In this document: piece by piece, positions 53,345 to 63,158 of the stretch | How positions within the stretch are numbered: the first letter of the stretch is position 1 | Layout: each line of letters begins with the position of its first letter | NCBI GenBank assembly: GCA_963707875.1 | Contig: CAVPRU010000001.1 | Location: forward strand, 145,591 to 209,590 | Direction: 5' to 3' | DNA length: 64,000 nt | DNA from: an uncultured Gemmatimonadales bacterium | GTDB lineage: Bacteria; Gemmatimonadota; Gemmatimonadetes; Gemmatimonadales; GWC2-71-9 | Notes under the pieces: model-generated | Databases searched by the model: none | Told to the model about the DNA's origin: nothing | What the model saw: the letters and a program-made list of their open reading frames with translations, nothing else | Made by a program: the position numbers and the translations under genes

Positions 53345-56056
53345 CTAGGGGGCGGTGGTTCGCTGACTGTAGTCTACCTTGAGGTCCGGAAGGTCGACCA
53401 GGTGGACCGAAACGTAGAAGGCGAAGTTCCCGTTGGGGTTCCGCACGAAGTTGAACCCGGCTCGCCAGTCGTGCAGGTCCCGGGTCAGGTTGAGAGTGTT
53501 CGACTCGAACTTGCCGGTGGTGACATTGTATTGGGTGATCCAGTTGATCCCCCAGTACCGGGTCGGGGAGAACTGGGTCACCAGATTCAGGCTGCTGCTG
53601 CTGACGACCGGGAGCGTGTCCACCACCGGTCGGGTGCGGTTCAGGGTGTAGTTGATCCTCATGGTGAACGCCCGGCGGGCGCCGCTCAACTGGTTGGACA
53701 TCGCCAGGGTCCGCTGCTGCATCAGCTGCCGGGGGTCGGTCAGGGGTCCGGATGGGAGCGGCTGACCGGGCACCGGCCCGGTCGATGGATCGGCCGGCCG
53801 GTCGCCCAGCCCGAGCAGAGCCCCGATGCCCCTGATCGTGCTGCCGTCGATCATGAAGCCGGCGTTGACGGACTGGAGGAAGAGGTCGAACTTGGTCCCC
53901 TGGACCCCGACCGGCCCATTCCAGAGCCCGTGACTCATGGAGAAGTCGAACCCCGGCAGCAGGTCGCTGGCCAGGGTGTTCGAGATCGAGGCGTCCATCC
54001 AGCCAGTCAGACTGTCCTTCTTGGCCCGCACGAAGTCATAGCCGATCCCGCTGGTGTTGAGGCTCAGCAGCCGGATTTTCTGCTGCTGGGTGTTCCCCAG
54101 GGTGTCGCCCGGAGCCGGCTTCTTCTTGGCCTCGAAGTTCTGCGACAGGGAAATCCTGAGCACGTTGGTGGCCGGGCTCGCCACCTTCCCGGTCCCGGTG
54201 GTCCGGAAGGCATTGGCGTACTCCTCGGGGACTTCCGTCTCGGGAGACCAGTCCCAGGTAATCAGCGGCGCGATGGTGTGACGGATCCGTTCGAACCCCC
54301 CGAAGCCGGGCCAGAATCCGAAGAAGGTCGGGGAGGCACCGAGTCCGCCGGAGATCCGCTTCCCCTGGGTCACCCACTGGCCATTGGTCTGTTCGTTCCG
54401 GATGGCGAGCGGTCCGGAGGTGCGATTGGCCGCACTTACCCTCGGACCCAGCTTCCAGGTGCGCGGGAAGAGGATCGGCAAGTTGAAACTGAAGTTCCAA
54501 TCCAGTTCCGTGGAGTAGCGCCCCGCCACGTCGCGGGTTACCGAAATCGAATCGGTCGGGTCCGGGGTCTCAGGATTGGGGATCCGGATCACCACGGTGC
54601 TCGGATCATTGGCCTGGCGGTCATTGACGATCAGACTCTGCTGCAGGTTGAACGTCCCGATCCGCAGCGGAGTCTGCATGGTGAACGCGGTCACCCGGTT
54701 GGTCGGCGTCTGTTCGGCCGAGTCGACCGTCCCCCCGGGCCGCGGAAAGACGAGGAAACGGCGGGCCGAGGTGCTCCGGTCGTTCCGGAAGGTCAGGGTC
54801 GGCGACCAGGTCCCCCACGAACCGACATCGATCGGCTTGGGCGAAATGGTCAGTGAGGGGAGCGTTTGGGACACCTGGTCGTCTCCCAGCGTCTGCATCC
54901 GGGTTCCGCCCAGGGTGGCGCTCCCCCAGCGGAACCGTTTGGTCAGATTGAGACTGCTCGAGAGCTGGCGGGTGTTGAGAAAGGGATCCAGGGCGTTGTT
55001 GGCGACAACCCGGGTATTGGAATTCAGGTTGACGTTGGCGGACAGCGTGGTGGTCAGCCCGAACAACTGGTTGTGGCGCCATCGGAGGCCGGTGGCCGTC
55101 TCACCCCCTGATTGGAGTTGTCGGCTGTACTCCAGGCCCCCGTCGACGAAGCGATCGAGCAGTTTGTACTGGGTGGTCGCCTGCCACTCGAAGTAGTTCC
55201 CGGCGTACCAGTTGAAGCGGATTTGGGCGTCCAGATAGTCGTTGATCGCCCAGTAGTACCCGAAGTCGGTCACCTGGCGCCGGTACCCGGTACTGTTCCG
55301 GACGATGTCGTTGAACCCGAACTGCGGCACCAGGATCCCCGATTTGCGTCCCGGCTTGGTCTCCTGGAAGATGAACGGGAGCCACGCGATCGGGACATCG
55401 CGGATATAGAGCACCGCGGGGCGGCCGACCATCAGCGAGGAGGACATCCACTTCACTTCCTTGGCCTGGAAATGATAGTGGGCCACCGGCAGGTCACAGC
55501 TGGTGATTTCGCCACTCGCGCCAAAGATCCGATTGCCGGTGGAATCCACCGCCAGATCTCCCCGCAGCACCCAGTCACCACCCAACTGCTGGACCGTGGT
55601 CAGGGCATCGGTGATGACCCCACGCTCCACACAGGTGTCGTACTTGATGGTTCCGCCAACCACGACCGATCCCTGGTCGAACAGTCTCGGGTCGCCCTCG
55701 GCCCTCAGCACGCATTCGGACTCCACATAGGAGATGGCTCCGGCCTCCATGATGGTGCCCTGCCGGTCGGTCATCGCGTTGCCCGACAGCCGCAGTCGCC
55801 GATCGATCCCGGTGATGGTGGCCGTGTCCGCCAGATACCGAGTGGCCATGAAGCCCTCCAGGTCCAGCAGCGCCGCCACGACCGAGTCGGGTGGCGGGAA
55901 GGACTTGCTGGGCCCGGAGGGAATCCCCATCCGGCGGGCACTGGCCGAATCGAGCTTCTTGACCGGGCGAAGGGTGTCGGCCAGTTGAGGTGGCTGGAAG
56001 GGCTGCTGGGCGTCGGATCGGGCCGAAGCGCCGGCGAGCACGGCCAGGAGGATCAT
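53345..56056 (-). CDS. lptD: LptD/OstA-like outer-membrane LPS-assembly protein (LptD_2-type), in frame with and not separated by a stop from tatC
   Basis: Internal ATG 56056 opens MILLAVLAGASA-RSDAQQ (signal-peptide-like, AxA site). Then an OstA-like N-domain (LRLSGNAMTDRQGTIMEAGAISY..LRAEGDPRLF) and SGILVPQFGFN..DFGYYWAINDYLDAQIRFNWY, characteristic of Bacteroidota-type LptD. Confidence 0.7.
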   Translation of the reverse strand: MILLAVLAGASARSDAQQPFQPPQLADTLRPVKKLDSASARRMGIPSGPSKSFPPPDSVVAALLDLEGFMATRYLADTATITGIDRRLRLSGNAMTDRQGTIMEAGAISYVESECVLRAEGDPRLFDQGSVVVGGTIKYDTCVERGVITDALTTVQQLGGDWVLRGDLAVDSTGNRIFGASGEITSCDLPVAHYHFQAKEVKWMSSSLMVGRPAVLYIRDVPIAWLPFIFQETKPGRKSGILVPQFGFNDIVRNSTGYRRQVTDFGYYWAINDYLDAQIRFNWYAGNYFEWQATTQYKLLDRFVDGGLEYSRQLQSGGETATGLRWRHNQLFGLTTTLSANVNLNSNTRVVANNALDPFLNTRQLSSSLNLTKRFRWGSATLGGTRMQTLGDDQVSQTLPSLTISPKPIDVGSWGTWSPTLTFRNDRSTSARRFLVFPRPGGTVDSAEQTPTNRVTAFTMQTPLRIGTFNLQQSLIVNDRQANDPSTVVIRIPNPETPDPTDSISVTRDVAGRYSTELDWNFSFNLPILFPRTWKLGPRVSAANRTSGPLAIRNEQTNGQWVTQGKRISGGLGASPTFFGFWPGFGGFERIRHTIAPLITWDWSPETEVPEEYANAFRTTGTGKVASPATNVLRISLSQNFEAKKKPAPGDTLGNTQQQKIRLLSLNTSGIGYDFVRAKKDSLTGWMDASISNTLASDLLPGFDFSMSHGLWNGPVGVQGTKFDLFLQSVNAGFMIDGSTIRGIGALLGLGDRPADPSTGPVPGQPLPSGPLTDPRQLMQQRTLAMSNQLSGARRAFTMRINYTLNRTRPVVDTLPVVSSSSLNLVTQFSPTRYWGINWITQYNVTTGKFESNTLNLTRDLHDWRAGFNFVRNPNGNFAFYVSVHLVDLPDLKVDYSQRTTAP

Positions 56057-56809
56057 CCCGGCCCTGGCGGCTTGCCGGGTACGACGTCGGTGGATCAGCA
56101 GCGACCCCGCCAGGCCCACCTCATAGAGCAGGACCAGCGGCACCGTCATCATCATCATCGAGATGAGGTCGGCGCCCGGCGAGAGCAGCGCACCGGCCAC
56201 GCACGACAGCACGATCGCCACTCGGCGGAACTTCCCGAGCGCGGCCGGAGTCACCAGCCCCAGGGAGGTGAGGATCAGAATCAGCAGCGGCAGTTCGGCC
56301 GAAATCCCCATCGCAAGCACGATCTGCAGCACGAAACTGAAATACTTGTCGTAGGTGATCACCAGTTCCAGGGCTTCGACCTGGAAGCTCAGCATCACCG
56401 CCAGCGCCTTGGGCACCACGAAGACCCAGGCCCCGGCCGCGCCGGCCAGAAAGAGCACCAGTCCGACAAACAGCGCCGGCAGCAGGGTCCGCTTTTCCTT
56501 CTGGTAGAGGGCCGGGGAGAGGAAACACCAGAGCTGCCAGATCACCACCGGCGAGGCCAGCACCAGTCCGACCACGAAGGCCAGCTTGAAGACGATCATC
56601 ACCGGATCGGTGGGGCTGAGCACCGCGAGCTTGCCAGTGGGGAGGTAGGGCTCGATCGGGATCTTGAGCAGGGCGACCAGCTGGAACCGCTGCACCAGCC
56701 AGAAGCCGATCCCGAACCCGACGATCAGGGCGCCGAGGGCCTTGAGAATCCGATGCCGAAGCTCCTCGAGGTGATCGAGGAATGGCATTTCACCGGTTGG
56801 GGTCCGCAT
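56057..56809 (-). CDS. tatC: Twin-arginine translocase subunit TatC (no stop codon; reading frame continues into the lptD-like gene)
   Basis: MPFLDHLEELRHRILKAL.. followed by six predicted TM helices, with a basic tail HRRRTRQAARAG. The track shows one 1154-aa ORF, 53345..56809. Confidence 0.8.
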
Positions 56810-56827
56810 GGCCGCCGAGGGCGGGGA

Positions 56828-57615
56828 TCAGGGCTGCAGCGTGGCCAGCCGCTGGCGGGCGAGATCCGCTTCTTCGGTGCGGGGGTACCGATCAATCACC
56901 CGCTGGTAGGCCGCCCGGGCTGCTGCCCGGTCGCCACTCTGCTCGCTTAGCAGACCGATCTTGTAGAGCGAGGTCGGCGCACGGGGGGAACTGGCGAACC
57001 GGGCCACCACCTGCTCGTAGTAGGCCCGGGCCGAATCGGGGTTCTCCCGTCCGAAGCTCTCGCCCACCCAGTACAGGCCGGCCGCGACCTGGGAATCGGT
57101 CGGATAGGTCCGGAGGTACTCCTGGAACCCGGCCCGGGCGGTGGTCCGGCTACCCCGGTTCAACTCGCGGAGGGAGGCCTGGAAGAGCTGATCGGGGGTG
57201 GGCGTCTGGGGCACCACTGCCCCGGTATCCGGCAGCAGCAGCGGGGTCGGGCCGCTGTCGACCGCCGTAAACTGCTCGGTCCGGTCGTCCAGCTGACGGC
57301 GCAGCTCGTTCAACCGCCGCTGGCTCTGACCGGTGAGCTCCTGGATCTGGACCAGCGACTGCTGAACCGCCACCAGTTCCCCCCCAGGTCACTCCGCATC
57401 TGCCGGATGGCGTCCCGGGTCGATGACAGCGAGTCCAGGGTGCGCTGCTGGAGGGCGATGACCCGGCCCAACTCAGCGGCCCGGGCGGAGTCCTGCCGGA
57501 CCAGGACGGTCCGGACGACCAGCAGTTCCGTCTCCACCCGGCGGACGGCCCCCTTGGTGGCACACCCGGCCACCAGTATGAGCAGGAGGCCGGTCGCGGT
57601 GGTGCGAGCGATCAC
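56828..57615 (-). CDS. cpoB: Tol-Pal system protein CpoB/YbgF, interrupted by a frameshift at a C7 (mRNA G7) tract
   Basis: N-terminal part (GTG 57615): lipobox LLILVAG-C plus a coiled coil ending ..IRQMRSDLGG. C-terminal part (frame of ORF 56828..57373): ELVAVQQSLVQIQELTGQ.. plus the TPR domain YWVGESF..ARAYYEQVV..SLYKIGLL..AAYQRVIDRYP. The two frames meet at 57378-57384. Confidence 0.75.
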
Positions 57616-58171
57616 CGGCAGCGGCTGAGGTGCGAGGCAAGGGTTTCCCGACCGGCAATCACCGTCAACTCGGCGCGCCGGTTCTGCCCCCAGGACGACT
57701 CGTCATGCCCCAGGGCAATCGGCGCCGTCTCACCCAGGGTCGCGGTCTCGATCCGGTTCCGGTCGATCCCCTTCCCCACCAGGTAGTCCTTGGCCGACTC
57801 GGAGCGCTTGGACCCGAGGACCAGGTTGTATTCGGCGGTGTGCCGCTCATCCGCGTGACCGGTGAGCCGGACCCGGACGACCGGGTGCGACTGCAGGACG
57901 ACGGCCTTGCGGTCGAGGGTGGCGGCGTCCATCGGACGGATGTCGAACTTGTCGGTGTCGAAGTGCACCAGCGCCCCGAGCTCGGTGACCATGTTCTCGA
58001 TGATCGAGGCGCATGACGGCTCATTGACCACGGGCGGGGGAGGCGGTGGGGTCGGGGTGGCGACCACCGGCTGCTCGACCGGGGTGGGCACGACTTCAGG
58101 CTCAGGCTTCTTGCTGCAGCCCACCAGAATGAGCCCCAGGAGGAGAACGGGAACCGCAATCAGTTTGGTCA
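57612..58171 (-). CDS. pal: Peptidoglycan-associated lipoprotein Pal (OmpA family)
   Basis: Start GTG 58171 is preceded by GGAGAG. Lipobox LILVG-C. The OmpA-like C-domain carries FDTDKFDIRP..RLTGHADERHTAEYNLVLGSKRSESAKDYL..NRRAEL. The track start 58364 is an over-extension into tolB. Confidence 0.85.
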
Positions 58172-58197
58172 CTGAACACTCTCCGGAATGGTATGAC

Positions 58198-59487
58198 TCA
58201 AGGGGTGCCCCCCAGGCGGGGCGACCATGCCGCCAACTGTGCATAACCCGGCGATGGAATCCGACGTACCCGACTGGTCTCAAGATCCAGAACATGCAAC
58301 TGACGGCCTCCGGCTCGACTCGACGAGAACACCAGATGCCGGCTGTCAGGCGCCCAGGACGCATCTTCGTTGCGGCCTTCAGAGGTCACCTGTTGCACGC
58401 GATCCGTCGTCAGGTCGAACACCAGCACCTGGAAGCCGCCGGCCATGGCCCGATGGAACGCCAGCTTGAGGCCGTCGGGCGACCACTCAGGGGCAAAGGA
58501 CCCGCCGGTAACCCCGTAGTCGAACGGCACCAGCAGCTCCTGATTGGTCCCGTCCGAAGACATCACGTAGATCTGGGGACTTCCCGCTCGACTCGACACG
58601 AAGGCAATGCGCAGCCCGTCGGGAGAATACGTAGGCGAGAGGTTTTCTGCAAACCGTCCCACCGTCAATCGCTCGACACAGCAGAGGTCGGCCAGGTTCG
58701 CCTGATGGAGGGCGTAGACCGCCCGGTCCATTCCTCTGGAAAAGACAATGTTCCGACCGTCCGGCGAGATGGCGGGCGTGATGTTGGTGGTGGTCTGGGT
58801 CGTCGGGATGAGGATTCGGTTACTGGAGAAGAGGGTCTGCAGGACCACCGACGCCTTGCCGTCGTACAACTCGGTGAAGGCGAACCGCCGACCGTCGGGA
58901 TGCCAGGTCGGAGAGTAGGCGGTCCGGCCCGCGGCGGTCACTGGGCGGGCACCATACCCGTCGGCATCCACCGTCCAGATTCTATTGTCGAAAACGTAGA
59001 GCAGCCGGGTCGCCGCAATCCCGGGAGAGCCCGTCGCCCAGCGGACCACCTCATCGCTCAGCCGGTGGATCGCCATCCGGGCCTCACCCACTCCCGCCAA
59101 GCCCAGGACGGCGGTCCCCTCCATCCGGACCAGGCCCGAGGCCACATCATAGAGCCGGGCCGCCACCAGCCCGCCCCCGATCAGCTGGAGTTCCAGCGCG
59201 AGGGTCGCACTCATGGCGCGGTATGGCGCCAGGTTGAGGGGGCCCGGCTGGGCCAGCAGCATCACCGAGGGCAGCAGGATCATCTCGAACCGGTCGCTCT
59301 GGTCGAGGTCCCGCTCGATAATCGACCGGACCGAGTCAAGCCCCACGGCCGGCAGCACCACCAGGCCGGGGCGGACCTTGGGGTTGTCGTACAGCAGCCG
59401 GAGGTCGACCCGGGTGGTGTCCTGGGCACGCGCGGTCGTCACGGCGACCACCACCCCGAGGATCCCGATCAGCCCGCCCCGGTTCAT
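58198..59487 (-). CDS. tolB: Tol-Pal system beta-propeller protein TolB
   Basis: Signal peptide, then repeated SPDG/WSPDG blades (YSPTWHPDGRRFAF, ISPDGRNIVFS, YSPDGLRIAFVS, WSPDGLKLAF, WAPDSRHLVFSS). Confidence 0.9.
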   Translation of the reverse strand: MNRGGLIGILGVVVAVTTARAQDTTRVDLRLLYDNPKVRPGLVVLPAVGLDSVRSIIERDLDQSDRFEMILLPSVMLLAQPGPLNLAPYRAMSATLALELQLIGGGLVAARLYDVASGLVRMEGTAVLGLAGVGEARMAIHRLSDEVVRWATGSPGIAATRLLYVFDNRIWTVDADGYGARPVTAAGRTAYSPTWHPDGRRFAFTELYDGKASVVLQTLFSSNRILIPTTQTTTNITPAISPDGRNIVFSRGMDRAVYALHQANLADLCCVERLTVGRFAENLSPTYSPDGLRIAFVSSRAGSPQIYVMSSDGTNQELLVPFDYGVTGGSFAPEWSPDGLKLAFHRAMAGGFQVLVFDLTTDRVQQVTSEGRNEDASWAPDSRHLVFSSSRAGGRQLHVLDLETSRVRRIPSPGYAQLAAWSPRLGGTP

Positions 59488-60168
59488 GGCGTGGTCCGGG
59501 GCACGAACCAGAAGGCGATGGCGAGGGCCTCACCCCGGAACCCCTCGGGGAGCGGACCGAACGCGCCCGCGTTGCCCGCCGCCTCCACGGCGCCCTGGGC
59601 ACCGAGATCAAACGAGTAGTTCCGGGAGCGGTTCACGATCCGGATGCCCTGCACCGTGCCATCTCTGAGTATCACGAATTCCACCTGGGTTCTCAGGTTC
59701 TGCATCCCGATCGGACGCTGCCACCGCTTGTAGATCTCGTTGACCACCTTGCGGAGATACTCGGGAAAGGGAAACTCCACCCCCGGGGTGCTGACATTGG
59801 CCACGTCGCTCCCGGTGGACGGGGTCTCCCCGGGCATCGGGGTCACCGGGTTGGCGGTCTGAACCGGGGCCTCGGTCTTCCGCTGGGGCGTCGTCTTGGT
59901 CGGCGGCGGGGTGGGCTTGGCGGTCGGCTTGGGCGGATCCACCGGCGCGGTGCGCTCCACCGGACGGGGTGGCGCCTCGGGGGCGACCCTCGGCGCCGCG
60001 GTGGGAGCCGGAGCTGCGACCAGGTTCACCGGCGTACACGGTCGCCTGCTGGAGGGAGGGCCGGGTGGCGACCAGCAGGCCGCCGACGAGGAGCAGATGA
60101 ATCCCCATCGTCCAGACGAGGCCGACGGAAGCATCCTGCCGGTCGGGGTACCCCAATCCAGCGGTCAC
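59484..60168 (-). CDS. TolA/TonB-like energy transducer, apparently frameshifted after the membrane anchor
   Basis: Frame of ORF 59608..60168: N-terminal anchor VGLVWTMGIHLLLVGGLLVA (TonB-like S/H helix), GTGA-coupled to tolR. Frame of ORF 59484..60134: Pro-rich spacer (VNLVAAPAPTAAPRVAPEAPPRPVERTAPVDPPKPTAKPTPPP) plus a TonB_C-like domain (FPEYLRKVVNEIYKRW..VEFVILRDGTVQGIRI). The frames switch near 60020-60045. Confidence 0.7.
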
Positions 60169-60587
60169 GGGCGATCGTCCTCGGCCACCAGGCCGACGTC
60201 AGAGATGCCGGATTCGCGAATGACCGCGAGGACCCGCACCACGGCCTCGTAGGGAGCCCGCCCATCACCCCGCAGGTAGACCCCGTTGGGCTGCCGCCGG
60301 GCGATGATGGTCGAGAAACCCGCCTTGAACTCGTCGAAACTCATCCCGTCCTTGTCGACGAAGACCCGGCCGGCCCGATCCACCGTGATGATCAACCCCT
60401 CCTTGGTGGAGAGGGGCTTGGCAACGGCGCGCGGCAACTGGACGTCCACTCCACCCTGGAGCAATGGTGCGGTGATCATGAAGATGATCAACAAAACGAA
60501 GGCGATATCCATCAGAGAAGTCACGTTGATATCTGCCGAGATCGGCAACGATCCCCGGCCACCACGACGCCCACGTCCGCCGAGCAT
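60165..60587 (-). CDS. tolR: TolR/ExbD family biopolymer transport protein
   Basis: INVTSLMDIAFVLLIIFMITAP..VQLP.. and ..VYLRGDGRAPYEAVVRVLAVIRESG. Confidence 0.85.
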   Translation of the reverse strand: MLGGRGRRGGRGSLPISADINVTSLMDIAFVLLIIFMITAPLLQGGVDVQLPRAVAKPLSTKEGLIITVDRAGRVFVDKDGMSFDEFKAGFSTIIARRQPNGVYLRGDGRAPYEAVVRVLAVIRESGISDVGLVAEDDRP

Positions 60588-61301
60588 CTAGAGCAACCGC
60601 TCCCGGGCCATCCAGCCGACCAGGGCCGCACCGAACCCCTCCAGGCTGCCCTCGAAGCGGGCCACCCGGGTGGCGAAATAGTTGTAGGCCAGAACCGACG
60701 GAATCGCGACCGCGAGCCCGGCGACCGTGGTGATCAGCGCCTCGGCCACTCCGGGGGCTACCGCTGCAATGTTGCCGGAGCCCTTCGCCGCGATCCCGAA
60801 AAAGGCCTGCATCACCCCCAGCACGGTGCCCATCAGGCCCATGAGCGGGCTGACTGCGCCGATGGTCGCCAACCAGGGGACGTAGTGGGACACCTCGTCC
60901 CGCTCCGACGCAACCTCCTTGTCCAGCACCATCTTCAGAGCCTCGAGCTGGGATTCCGAGAGGCTGTGCGTTTCGGCCTGCCCCTCCCCGATCGCCCCAG
61001 GGCGCAGTTCACTGTAAAAGGTGATTCCCTCCCGAAACAGCCGGCTGAAAGGAGAAGGCGGAAGCTTCATGACCCCGCGGTACGCCTCCCGGAGGCCCGG
61101 GTGCCCTCCCACTTCAGCGAAGAACCGGCGCCCCTGCCCTGTGATCCGTCGGAATTGCCACCACTTCAGCCCGATCACGAACCACGAGGCGAGGGACATC
61201 AGGCCGATGGCGATCAGGACGACCTTGGTCTCCGCGGAGGCATGGACGACCAGGTCGAAAGTAGAGGTGTATTGGGCCGTCTCGGCCTGCAGCATCGTCA
61301 C
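60588..61301 (-). CDS. tolQ: TolQ/ExbB/MotA family proton-channel protein
   Basis: Three TM helices. LATIGAVSPLMGLMGTVLGVM..AEALITTVAGLAVAIPSVLAYNYF. Confidence 0.85.
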   Translation of the reverse strand: MTMLQAETAQYTSTFDLVVHASAETKVVLIAIGLMSLASWFVIGLKWWQFRRITGQGRRFFAEVGGHPGLREAYRGVMKLPPSPFSRLFREGITFYSELRPGAIGEGQAETHSLSESQLEALKMVLDKEVASERDEVSHYVPWLATIGAVSPLMGLMGTVLGVMQAFFGIAAKGSGNIAAVAPGVAEALITTVAGLAVAIPSVLAYNYFATRVARFEGSLEGFGAALVGWMARERLL

Positions 61302-61394
61302 TCCAGTGGTGAGGGATCCTCCAGCCGGCTGAACCCGCGCCGACGACCCCTAAACATAGGGCAATCATCGAGTTCGGCCTATGCCCAGGCTCCC

Positions 61395-61441
61395 AAAAAG
61401 CCAACCGCCGACTGGGATGGAGACGCCCAGTCGGCGGTTTG
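61395..61441 (-). terminator. Rho-independent terminator downstream of the LysM gene
   Basis: On the minus strand: AAACCGCCGACTGG-gcgtctccatc-CCAGTCGGCGGTTGG followed by CTTTTTGGG. The stem is 13-15 bp with a U-tract, and it lies 23 nt after the stop at 61464. Confidence 0.7.
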
Positions 61442-61463
61442 CTTCACGTCGAAATCTGACAGC

Positions 61464-62612
61464 CTAGCGATCGGAGCCGTTCGGGAGCCGGGCCACATGC
61501 CGGACCGGCGTTCCCGGGGCAATGTCCGGCGAGACGACGGTCAGGAGAAGGACCGTCGCGCTCCGCTCCCCCACCCGCACAACCTGCCCAGTCGCCATCA
61601 GCTCGTCGACCAGATCGGCTGACCGGGTTCGGGCCTGGGGCCGGCGCCGGACTTCCATCACGTCCCCCGCCCGGAGCCCATCGTTCCGGCCAAGGTTGAT
61701 GAAGATCACATTCTGCGGGTGCTTGAGTTCCTTGAGGTCTCGACCGCCGATGACCTCTCCTACCACCCCGTTTTCCAAGGCAACCGCCCGCTGATCAGGC
61801 CCCTTGCTGAACCGCTCGGCGGGGAGCACGAATTGACCATTGCGCATCGGGCCGAACACGGACACAACTCGGGCCAGGTACTGCTCCTGACTCATCCCGG
61901 TAACGACAACCAGCCCGGTCGGGACCACCGCCACGCCGTAGCCGACGTACTCCGGCCCTCGGATCCCGACCAGGAGACTGTCCCCGACCGCATAGCTGCC
62001 ATCGGCTGGCGGCCGGACCCCTACCACGGTGTTGAGAGTGACCGAGGCGCGCTCGCTGAGGTTCCGGATCTGCTGGGGGGTGACCGCCCCGACCAGCTGG
62101 CCGAACGGCAGCGTGGCGCCCTCAGTCAGGAAACCGGACGAGTAGAATTCGCCGGGCCGGAGCGACCGGTAGGACATATCCACATAGCTGGTGAGCGCCT
62201 CGGACGCCTGCAGCGCCCGCCGCTGGGCGAACTCGGGCATCGGATATTCGGCATTCGGCGCCTGGCGCTCCTGGGGCTGAGCGACCGGTGCCTGAGCGGG
62301 CTCAGCGGCTGGAGCCGGCGTTTCCTCGGTCGGCACCGCGCTGACTCCCTCGGTGGCGACCAGCCGGAGCACTTCCCCGGGGTAGATCCAGTGCGGATCC
62401 TCCACTACGGAGGTGTTCAGCCGGAAGATCTGAGGCCAGAGGAAGGCATCGCCGAGGTACTGGCGCGCCAGGGCCCACAGGGTGTCGCCGCTCCGCACCG
62501 TATGGGTCTCGGTGCGGGTGGTCTGCTGGGCCTGAGCCGGCGCGACCGCGAAGGCCAGGCTCAGCAGACCAAGCAGCGAAAGTCTAGAACGGAAGGTCGT
62601 CGTCCTCGCCAT
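61464..62612 (-). CDS. Secreted LysM-domain peptidoglycan-binding protein
   Basis: Signal peptide [28 protein letters not shown] (ATG 62612, overlapping the ssb 3' end by 29 nt). LysM motif [39 protein letters not shown]. Confidence 0.8.
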   Translation of the reverse strand: MARTTTFRSRLSLLGLLSLAFAVAPAQAQQTTRTETHTVRSGDTLWALARQYLGDAFLWPQIFRLNTSVVEDPHWIYPGEVLRLVATEGVSAVPTEETPAPAAEPAQAPVAQPQERQAPNAEYPMPEFAQRRALQASEALTSYVDMSYRSLRPGEFYSSGFLTEGATLPFGQLVGAVTPQQIRNLSERASVTLNTVVGVRPPADGSYAVGDSLLVGIRGPEYVGYGVAVVPTGLVVVTGMSQEQYLARVVSVFGPMRNGQFVLPAERFSKGPDQRAVALENGVVGEVIGGRDLKELKHPQNVIFINLGRNDGLRAGDVMEVRRRPQARTRSADLVDELMATGQVVRVGERSATVLLLTVVSPDIAPGTPVRHVARLPNGSDR

Positions 62613-63054
62613 CAAGGGCCTCCGGGAAATCACCGAAGGACTCGTCCTTCCCCGGCGGGGCGCTGGCCGCCACCTTGGAGCCGGAATAGGAATCGTCGCC
62701 TTCGGAAGAACGGCTGGAGAGCATGATCAGTTCGCGCGCCGAGATCTCCGTGGTGTAGCGGGTCTGTCCTTCCCGGTCCTGCCACGTCCGGTACTCGATG
62801 CTCCCCTCGACATACACCTTGTCGCCCTTCTTGCAGTACCGCTCGACCACGTCGGCCAGGGTGCTGCCTCGGTTGTTCCAGAGGACGACCCGGTGCCACT
62901 CGGTCTTTTCCTGCTTTTCGCCGGCCTGATTCTTCCAGGCCCGGCTGGTGGCAAGCGATATGGTGGCGACCCGTGACCCGTTCGAAGTACTGCGGACTTC
63001 GGGATCAGCCCCCAAATTGCCAATAAGGATGACTTTGTTCAGGCTGCGGCTCAC
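62584..63054 (-). CDS. ssb: Single-stranded DNA-binding protein
   Basis: [28 protein letters not shown] (OB fold) and the acidic tail GEDDDLPF. Confidence 0.95.
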   Translation of the reverse strand: MSRSLNKVILIGNLGADPEVRSTSNGSRVATISLATSRAWKNQAGEKQEKTEWHRVVLWNNRGSTLADVVERYCKKGDKVYVEGSIEYRTWQDREGQTRYTTEISARELIMLSSRSSEGDDSYSGSKVAASAPPGKDESFGDFPEALDGEDDDLPF

Positions 63055-63158
63055 GGTGACCTCCGGGGTGAAAAACCAGGTTCATGATGGCGAACCCCGG
63101 CAGAGTATAGGAACCGTAAGTTGTTTTGTCAACCAAAGATACGCGTTCCGGCACGGTT

